DNA from: Phenylobacterium sp.
GTDB lineage: Bacteria > Pseudomonadota > Alphaproteobacteria > Caulobacterales > Caulobacteraceae
Assembly (NCBI RefSeq): GCF_016793225.1
Contig: NZ_JAEUMN010000081.1
Location: forward strand, 2,001 to 66,000
Reading direction: 5' to 3'
DNA: 64,000 nucleotides
A program made the position numbers and the translations under genes. The stretch's first letter is position 1. Each line of letters starts with the position of its first letter. Below the pieces are notes generated by a model. That model made no database searches. It was not told the origin of the DNA and saw nothing but the letters and a program-made list of their open reading frames with translations. Of the stretch, positions 32,781 through 38,991 are shown piece by piece.

Positions 32781-33494
32781 TCAGCCGATGTCGCCGGCGC
32801 TGATGTCAGCCAGCGTTCGCCCGACGAGGATCACGGCGGACTCGACGTGGTGCTCGCCGAGTTCGGTCGCGAAGACGATGACGTCCGCCCCGACCTGGAC
32901 GGCGACATAGTCGGCGCCGGCCGCCATCCGGGCGTTCGCCGCCGCGAGGGCGGCGTCGTAGTCGGCCGCCGCGCCTGTGGCGAAGTTGGCCGCCGTGGCG
33001 GTGAGACCGTCGTCGTCGAAGACCAGCTTGTCCTCGCCGTGGGTGAAGTCGACGATGCGGTCCAGGCCCGCCAGCGCGCGCCCCCCGTCTCCGACCTTGA
33101 ACACGTCGGCGCCCGGGCCGCCGATCAGGCGGTCGGCCCCGTCGTCGCCGTCGAGCGTGTCGGCGCCGGCGCCGCCGTCGAGGGTGTCGTCGCCGTCATC
33201 GCCACGCAGCCGGTCGTCCGCGGCGGAGCCCGACAGGCTGTCGCTCCCGTCGCCGCCACGGAGGCGGGCCGCGTCGCCACCGCGGTCGTCGCCGGGGGGA
33301 TCGTCCGCGCCACGGCCGCCGCGGTCGTCTCCCGGCGGATCGTCGGCGCCCCGCCCGCGGCGATCGTCGCCCGCCGGATCGTCCGCGCCGCGCCGGCCGG
33401 TGTCGGCCGCCGTCGTCGTACGGTCGTCGGGCTGGGTGTCGTCCCGGCCACGGCCGCGACCGGAATCGTCGCCGGCTCTGTCTTTCTTAGCCAT
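32781..33494 (-). CDS. RTX-like calcium-binding protein with Asp/Arg/Gly-rich tandem repeats and T1SS-type C-terminal domain
   Basis: Start at MAKKDRAG (GAGGAA RBS). The upstream ATG at 33533 falls inside the promoter motif. GGxGxD nonapeptide run GGDGSDSLSGSAADDRLRGDDGDDTLDGGAGADTLDGDDGADRLIGGPGADVF. No N-terminal signal peptide. Confidence 0.75.
   Translation of the reverse strand: MAKKDRAGDDSGRGRGRDDTQPDDRTTTAADTGRRGADDPAGDDRRGRGADDPPGDDRGGRGADDPPGDDRGGDAARLRGGDGSDSLSGSAADDRLRGDDGDDTLDGGAGADTLDGDDGADRLIGGPGADVFKVGDGGRALAGLDRIVDFTHGEDKLVFDDDGLTATAANFATGAAADYDAALAAANARMAAGADYVAVQVGADVIVFATELGEHHVESAVILVGRTLADISAGDIG
33276..33392. repeat. Three imperfect 39-bp tandem repeats (encode RGADDP(A/P)GDDR(R/G)G x3)
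   Basis: Read directly from the DNA and the translation of the RTX-like gene. Confidence 0.7.
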
Positions 33495-33528
33495 CAGGCA
33501 TTCCTCACTGTGGAAGCCCCCACATGAG

Positions 33529-33557
33529 GACAACGGCGCCGCCGGCCGGTTTATTCC
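33529..33557 (-). promoter_or_regulatory. ECF-type promoter motif upstream of the RTX-like gene
   Basis: Minus strand GGAATAAaccggccggcggcgcCGTTGTC (spacer 15), ending 34 nt upstream of ATG 33494. One of four near-identical sites. Confidence 0.6.
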
Positions 33558-33560
33558 CGC

Positions 33561-34343
33561 CTAGAAGAACAGCGTCGCGGCGACCGCGACGGCGCCGTGG
33601 CCCTGGGCGGCGCCCAGGAGGTCGTCGTCGGGGCCGAAGTAGGTCGCCTGGCCCTGCAGTTCGACATTGCCGAAGCGTCGGGCAAGGCCTGCGCCCACGT
33701 CGTACTGCGTGCGCCGGATCTCGCTGCCGCGGCGACGGTCCACCGGAACCAGGAGGCCGGCGCGGCCGAAGGCCTTCCAGCCGGGCGCGGGCGTCACGGT
33801 CGCGGTCGTTGTGGCGTAGAGCGTGGCGGCCCGCTCGCCCAGGTAGTTGGGCGAGTAGTAGACGTGGGCGCTGAACCGGCGCGTCGAGACGCCCGCGTAG
33901 AGCTCGTTGTAGGCCACCGGGTACCGCGGCCGGTAGTATTCGGTCACGTCGGTGCGCGAGACGCCGACCTCCCAGCTGGAGTCGGCGTCGAAGCGGCGCG
34001 CATAGCCGGCATAGACCTGATAGCCCGAGACCTTCGGGCCGTCGTGGCGCGTCGCCGCCGCGATCACCGAGCCGGAGGCGTAGAGCCCGCTCTCATGATC
34101 CAGGCTGCCGGTGGCGACGAGGGCCGGTCGCTCGGCGCTGAGAGAGTACCCGCGATAGAGGTGATCGCTGACCGCCGACAGGCTGAACGTCGGCTGGGCG
34201 TGCGCGGGCGTCGCCGCCGCGCCCAGGACCGCGGCCGCAAGGGCGAGGAAAGCCCGGATTTCAGCGGCCGTTGTCGGGCGAGGCGCAGGCGCAGTTCGCC
34301 CGGGAGGCCACCCGCAGCAGGGAAGCGCAGGCGTCGATCTCAC
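33561..34343 (-). CDS. TorF-like small beta-barrel outer-membrane protein (start codon uncertain)
   Basis: Signal-like RAFLALAAAVLGAAATPAHA-QP, alternating beta-strand pattern, C-terminal ...VAATLFF. The only canonical in-frame start is GTG 34343, 27 codons upstream of the signal peptide. Confidence 0.6.
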   Translation of the reverse strand: MRSTPALPCCGWPPGRTAPAPRPTTAAEIRAFLALAAAVLGAAATPAHAQPTFSLSAVSDHLYRGYSLSAERPALVATGSLDHESGLYASGSVIAAATRHDGPKVSGYQVYAGYARRFDADSSWEVGVSRTDVTEYYRPRYPVAYNELYAGVSTRRFSAHVYYSPNYLGERAATLYATTTATVTPAPGWKAFGRAGLLVPVDRRRGSEIRRTQYDVGAGLARRFGNVELQGQATYFGPDDDLLGAAQGHGAVAVAATLFF

Positions 34344-35493
34344 CGCGCGCCCGCGACAGAAGGCGCGCGCGCGGCTGCGGACGGCGCTCGTCGACCAGGG
34401 CCAGGAGTCCGCTCACGTGGGCCGCGGCGTACGAACTTCCGTCGACCAGAAACCACCGTCCCCCCGGCTGAGTCGTGGGCACGTCGCGCCCGGGCGCACT
34501 GTAGACACCGGGGCGCGGGCTCGCCAATGCCTCGTCGGCCACGGCGACGACGCCCGTGTGGTTGGCCGGGAAACCGCCGTCGGGCAGGCCGCGGTCATAG
34601 GCGGCGACCACCTTGATGCCGCGCGAGATGGCCACATCGATCAGGCGGGCCAGCAGCGGATCGGGCGGCCCGCTGAGGCTGAGGTTGATGACCCGGGCCT
34701 TGGCGTCGATGGCGAAGTGCAGGGCCTGGGCGAGGCTGAGGCTGTCGCACACGGTGTCGCCGGCGCCCTTGCGGGGGGCGCCCTGCCAGCAGGCGCGGAG
34801 CCCCAGGATTCGGGCGCCCGGCGCCACGCCCACGATGCCGATCCCGTTGTCGCCCCGGGCCGCGATCACGCCGGCCACGCCGGTGCCGTGCGTCTCGGGC
34901 GCGGCCGGACGACCGGCGACGAAGTTCCGGGTGAGCTCGACCTGTCCGGCCAGGTCCGGGTGGGTGGGATCGACCATGCTGTCGACCACGGCGACCCGCA
35001 CCCCACGGCCGACGGCCAGTTCGTGCAGGGCGGCGAGACGCCACTCGCCCGCAGCCGGCTGGGCGGCGCGAAGCGGGTCGGCCGAGCGCGGCGCGCCCTG
35101 GGCATGGAACATCTGGCTCGGCTGGGCGTCCTGGACGGCGCTCTCGCGGGCGAGGAGCCGCGCGACCTCGACCGTGGAACGCCCGTCGGGAACGTTCATG
35201 ATGTAGCAGTCGACGCCGAGCAGCGGCATGGGCCAGCCGTCCACCAGCTCGAGGCCATGGGCGGCGGCCAGCTTCTGGGCGAGGCGGCGGCGCACGGCCT
35301 GGCCGGCCTCATCCCCGTAGCCGCCGCCGGCGGAGACGCCGGGGCGGGCATGGCCGGGCGGCATCCGCATCAGCACCAGCACCTGATGCGGGTCGGCCGC
35401 CGAAGCCGCCGGCGCGTCCATGGCGAACGCCAGCTCCGCCGGCGCGGCGAGCACGGCGAGCGCAAGCAACAGGGCTCGGAACTTGCGGATCAT
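34261..35493 (-). CDS. Secreted S8 (subtilisin-family) serine peptidase with N-terminal propeptide-like region
   Basis: Signal MIRKFRALLLALAVLAAPAELAFA. Catalytic D (VAVVDSMVD), H (HGTGVAGVIA), S (GSSYAAAHVSG). ATG overlaps the anti-sigma stop (ATGA). Confidence 0.9.
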   Translation of the reverse strand: MIRKFRALLLALAVLAAPAELAFAMDAPAASAADPHQVLVLMRMPPGHARPGVSAGGGYGDEAGQAVRRRLAQKLAAAHGLELVDGWPMPLLGVDCYIMNVPDGRSTVEVARLLARESAVQDAQPSQMFHAQGAPRSADPLRAAQPAAGEWRLAALHELAVGRGVRVAVVDSMVDPTHPDLAGQVELTRNFVAGRPAAPETHGTGVAGVIAARGDNGIGIVGVAPGARILGLRACWQGAPRKGAGDTVCDSLSLAQALHFAIDAKARVINLSLSGPPDPLLARLIDVAISRGIKVVAAYDRGLPDGGFPANHTGVVAVADEALASPRPGVYSAPGRDVPTTQPGGRWFLVDGSSYAAAHVSGLLALVDERRPQPRARLLSRARGEIDACASLLRVASRANCACASPDNGR

Positions 35494-36110
35494 GGGGCGT
35501 CCACCGGCTCGGCAAGGCTGACTTCGGGCCGCTGGCGAAGCTGCGGCAGGATGCGATCCCGGCTTGCGGCCGGCACCCGGACGAGCCAGGCGCCCGCGGC
35601 GTTCGGGCCGCCGACCACGCGCCCCTCGACCCCGGCGAGCGTGTCGCGCAGCTGGGCCTCGGTGGCGTTGGGCGCGAACATGATCATCACGTTGGGCGCG
35701 TCGGATCGGGCCGCGGACGACAGAGCCTTGTACTCGGCGTCCGACGCGCCGGTTTCGCGCGCGGGCGAAAGAACCACGACGGCGCCGGCGAGCAGGGCGG
35801 CCTGGGCGGCGAGGGCCGCGGCGACCCAGGCGCGGCGCGGGCGGACAGCCTGCCGGGCGCCGAGCGAGACGACATTGTCGCCGGCCGCGATCGCGCGGAT
35901 CCGCGCGGCCATCGCGTCGGGCGCGGGGCGATCGAGGAGCGCGTCGAAGGCGCCGCGCACGGCCCGGTCGCGCGCGGCCATCGCGTCGAGACGGACGCGG
36001 AGCGCGGCGTTCGACGCCAGCTCGGCCTCGATCTGGCGGGCGCGATCCGGGTCGGCTTCACCGTCCAGGTAGGCCATCAGGGCGTCGTCGGTGATCATCT
36101 CGGGTCCCAT
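35490..36110 (-). CDS. Putative anti-sigma factor (single TM, periplasmic C-terminal domain)
   Basis: N-terminus ITDDALMAYLDGEADPDRARQIEAELASN is the usual anti-sigma helix pattern (no Zn motif). TM WVAAALAAQAALLAGAVVVL. Divergent from the ECF sigma gene. Confidence 0.7.
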   Translation of the reverse strand: MGPEMITDDALMAYLDGEADPDRARQIEAELASNAALRVRLDAMAARDRAVRGAFDALLDRPAPDAMAARIRAIAAGDNVVSLGARQAVRPRRAWVAAALAAQAALLAGAVVVLSPARETGASDAEYKALSSAARSDAPNVMIMFAPNATEAQLRDTLAGVEGRVVGGPNAAGAWLVRVPAASRDRILPQLRQRPEVSLAEPVDAP

Positions 36111-36138
36111 GGGGGAACACTGGCTATTGTCTCACACC

Positions 36139-36166
36139 GACAACGACGCCACCGCAGATTTATTCC
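36139..36166 (-). promoter_or_regulatory. ECF-type promoter motif upstream of the anti-sigma/S8/porin operon
   Basis: Minus strand GGAATAAatctgcggtggcgtCGTTGTC (spacer 14), ending 28 nt upstream of ATG 36110. Confidence 0.6.
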
Positions 36167-36184
36167 AGGGTCCCCAAACTGGGT

Positions 36185-36802
36185 TTGGATCCTGGCTCGC
36201 GCGTTGATGCGGCGCAAGGCGAGCGCTATCCAGCCTGGGCAGACAGGTGGGCGAGGGACTGCGGATCGCCCGCCTTTTTCGAGAGCGCCTTGGCCGGACG
36301 GGCTGATATCGCCGAGCGGATCGTGGAGCTTCTGCCGCGCCTGCGGCGCTTCGCGCTGACGCTGACGCGCCGGGAGCATGACGCCGACGACCTGGTTCAG
36401 GGGACGGTGGAGCGCGCCCTGGGCCGGCTCGACAGCTGGAAGCCCGACACGCGCCTGGACAGCTGGCTCTTCAAGATCATGCAGAACCACTGGATCGACC
36501 AGGTGCGCGCGCAGCGGCTGCGCGGCGCGTCGGAGGGGTTGGACGCCGCCGACGAGGTCGCGGGCTCTGACGGGCGGCATGTGACCGGCGTGCGGCGTGA
36601 ACTGCAGGCCACGCTCGAGGCCGTGCTGCGCCTGCCGGAAGAGCAGCGCGCCGTGGTGGGTCTGGTGCTGGTGGAAGGGCTGGCCTACCGCGAGGCGGCC
36701 GAGATCCTCGCGGTGCCGATCGGCACGGTCATGAGTCGGCTGTCGCGCGCCCGCGCGGCGCTGGAGCTGGCGCTCGAGGGCGCGCCCGAGCCCAGGTCCT
36801 GA
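36185..36802 (+). CDS. ECF (group IV) RNA polymerase sigma factor
   Basis: Region 2 DADDLVQGTVERAL...WLFKIMQNHWIDQVR and region 4 LPEEQRAVVGLVLVEGLAYREAAEILAVPIGTVMSRLSRAR. The true start is probably the in-frame TTG at 36290 (170 aa). Confidence 0.9.
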   Translation: MDPGSRVDAAQGERYPAWADRWARDCGSPAFFESALAGRADIAERIVELLPRLRRFALTLTRREHDADDLVQGTVERALGRLDSWKPDTRLDSWLFKIMQNHWIDQVRAQRLRGASEGLDAADEVAGSDGRHVTGVRRELQATLEAVLRLPEEQRAVVGLVLVEGLAYREAAEILAVPIGTVMSRLSRARAALELALEGAPEPRS

Positions 36803-36831
36803 GTCCGAACCGCGGGTCCGGACCCGGGCGC

Positions 36832-38991
36832 CTATGGATGTGCGACGACGACCAGGGTGTTGGTCCGGCGCGACGCCGTCGCCAGGCAGGTCCTGAGCGT
36901 TTCGGGGTCGAGCGCGGCGAAGCTCTCGTCCAGGATCGTGAGGTCGGCGCCCTGGAGCAGCGCGCGGGCCAGGAAGACGCGGCTGCGCTCGCCGTGCGAC
37001 AGCTGCCAGCCGGTCTCGCCCACGGGCTGGTGCAGCCCCGCCGGCATGCGATCGATGAGCGCCCCAAGGTCCAGCTCGCGGCAGAGCGCTTCCGCCTCCG
37101 CAAGGTCTTCGGCCGTGGCCGGCCACCGACGGCCCATCAGCAGGTTGAAGGCCAGCGAGCCCGACAGCAGGTGATTGTCGTTGAACTGCGGGGCGGCCGT
37201 GGCGCCTCGGCGCCAGGCGGCGCCCAGCGTGTGGTGGTCGAGCCCGTTCAGGCTGAGCGCGCCACGGGTCGGCTTGCGCAGACCCGACAGCAGCGCCGTC
37301 AGGGTCGACTTGCCGCCGCCCGAGCCGCCCTCGAGGAGGACGCGATCGCCGGCGTGAAGCGTGAGGTCCACTCCGGCGAGCACCGGCGCGTCCTTCGCGT
37401 AGGCGTAGGCGAGCCCACGGGCTCTGAGAACGGCTCCGCCGGAACGGCGATCCGTCGGCGAAAGGTCCAGGGGCTCGGGTTCAGGGCAGGCGTCGCCGCG
37501 CGCGAGGTCGGCAACCTGGGTCCAGGCGATCCCGGCCCGCGACAGCCCCGCCAGACCGGTCACGAGGCCGAAGAGCCCGCGTTGCGCCAACAGGACGCCG
37601 CCAAGGCTGATCGCGAGCGCGGCCGGCGTCGGCGGGTGCGGGCCCGCGAAGGCGGGGGCAAGCCCCGCGACGCCCGCCACGAGCCAGGCGGTGGGCAGGA
37701 CAGCAAGAAGCGACATCGCCGCCCGGTCGAAGAGCCCGGACTCGGCGAGGTAGGCCCGCAGGTCAGCGTCCTCCGCGGCGTCCCGGCGCGTCGGCCGCTC
37801 CTGGGCCAGGCGGGTCCGGTGGCCGACCATGGCCTCGATCATGCGCTGGCTCAGCGCCAGCCGGCGAAGCGTCCACGACCGCATCCGCCGATGGAACCGA
37901 TGACCCAGCACGGCCAGCGCGGCCGCGAACCCCGCGAGCAGCGCCAGGTGCCAGCCGGCCGCCGCCCCCGCGGCGAGGGCCAGGGCGGCGAAGGCCAGTT
38001 CGAGTACGGCGATCAGGGCCGCGAGGCCGCCGTTGAGCGCCAGGCTTTCCAGCGCCTGGCTTTCCATCACGCGGCCGATCACCTGGCCGAAGCCCTGGCG
38101 ACCGACGGCGTCGGGGTCGGCCTTAAGCGCGCCTGCAAGCAGTCGCGCCTTCAGCCGGCGACCGAGATCGACGGCGATCCGCGCCTCCAGGGCGCCCCCG
38201 GCGAACCGCAGCGGAACCAGGGTGGCGAGGAGCAGCAGCCAGGCCGTGAACCAGCCGAAGTCGAGGCGACCGTCCAGGACCGAGCGCCCGATGAGCGACC
38301 AGCCGAGCATCTCGGCGGCGTAGAGCAGTCCGAAGATCCCGAGGGCGGCGGCGGCGATCCAGGGCAGCTTCATCTGCAGGGCCTGCCGCCCCATGGAGGC
38401 GCCGGCCGGTTCGCGCAGCAGCCAAACGCCGCCCACGCGTTCCGACGCGAGCCGGTCGGCCATGAGCGCGCGGCCTACGTCGCGGCGCCGGCGGCCCGTG
38501 AGCCCGGCGTCGTCGAGGATCGGCGCGATGCGGGGAGCCAGACCGCCCTCGATCGACCAGCAGAGGCAGGCGCGCAGCGCCTCGACGGGGCAGCCCGAGA
38601 CCGCGAGGTCCGGTCCGAGCACCCGAAGCGTCCGGCCGCTGGCGCCGAGGAGCAGGACGAACCCCATCTCGCGGCCCTGGCGAACCAGCGCGATCGCGGG
38701 GGCCGCCTGCCGCAGCATGTCGGCGACGGCGCCCGCGGGGACGTCGACGGGCTCGGCCTCGAGCCCCAGGGCGCCCGCGGCGACCGGCAGGAGAGCCTCG
38801 GGATCCTCGCCGCAAGCCTGCGACGCCATGAACTGGGAGTCGGTGCGCGCGACGCCCGAGCGACGCGCCAGCTCGGCCAGGCCCTCCCCCAGACGGTCGA
38901 TCGGCCACCAGACCGCGCCGACGGCGGCTGCGGCCTCCGCGTCCAGCGGCGCGGCGGCGAGATACCGGCCCTTGGGCGCGCCCTGGGTCAT
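36832..38991 (-). CDS. ABC exporter (TMD+NBD) with degenerate N-terminal C39-like domain
   Basis: ATG 38991 overlaps the upstream stop (ATGA). Walker A GGSGGGKST, signature LSHGERSRV, Walker B LTILDESF. In the N-terminal roughly 200 aa the peptidase His position reads GFVLLLG where the partner has HFVVVW (by-eye alignment). Confidence 0.85.
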   Translation of the reverse strand: MTQGAPKGRYLAAAPLDAEAAAAVGAVWWPIDRLGEGLAELARRSGVARTDSQFMASQACGEDPEALLPVAAGALGLEAEPVDVPAGAVADMLRQAAPAIALVRQGREMGFVLLLGASGRTLRVLGPDLAVSGCPVEALRACLCWSIEGGLAPRIAPILDDAGLTGRRRRDVGRALMADRLASERVGGVWLLREPAGASMGRQALQMKLPWIAAAALGIFGLLYAAEMLGWSLIGRSVLDGRLDFGWFTAWLLLLATLVPLRFAGGALEARIAVDLGRRLKARLLAGALKADPDAVGRQGFGQVIGRVMESQALESLALNGGLAALIAVLELAFAALALAAGAAAGWHLALLAGFAAALAVLGHRFHRRMRSWTLRRLALSQRMIEAMVGHRTRLAQERPTRRDAAEDADLRAYLAESGLFDRAAMSLLAVLPTAWLVAGVAGLAPAFAGPHPPTPAALAISLGGVLLAQRGLFGLVTGLAGLSRAGIAWTQVADLARGDACPEPEPLDLSPTDRRSGGAVLRARGLAYAYAKDAPVLAGVDLTLHAGDRVLLEGGSGGGKSTLTALLSGLRKPTRGALSLNGLDHHTLGAAWRRGATAAPQFNDNHLLSGSLAFNLLMGRRWPATAEDLAEAEALCRELDLGALIDRMPAGLHQPVGETGWQLSHGERSRVFLARALLQGADLTILDESFAALDPETLRTCLATASRRTNTLVVVAHP

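Noticed and set aside
33276-33392. Tandem repeats as a possible CRISPR array (also 61318-61355)
   Set aside because: The units are contiguous without spacers, lie inside or at the end of coding sequence, and no cas genes are present. They are not CRISPR.
36114-36141. GGAAC on the plus strand upstream of the ECF sigma gene as an autoregulatory promoter
   Set aside because: No CGT-type -10 lies at 16-17 nt (nearest spacing 10 or 19 nt), and the GGAATAA/CGTTGTC motif is absent in this orientation. The sigma gene therefore appears not to be autoregulated by this motif.
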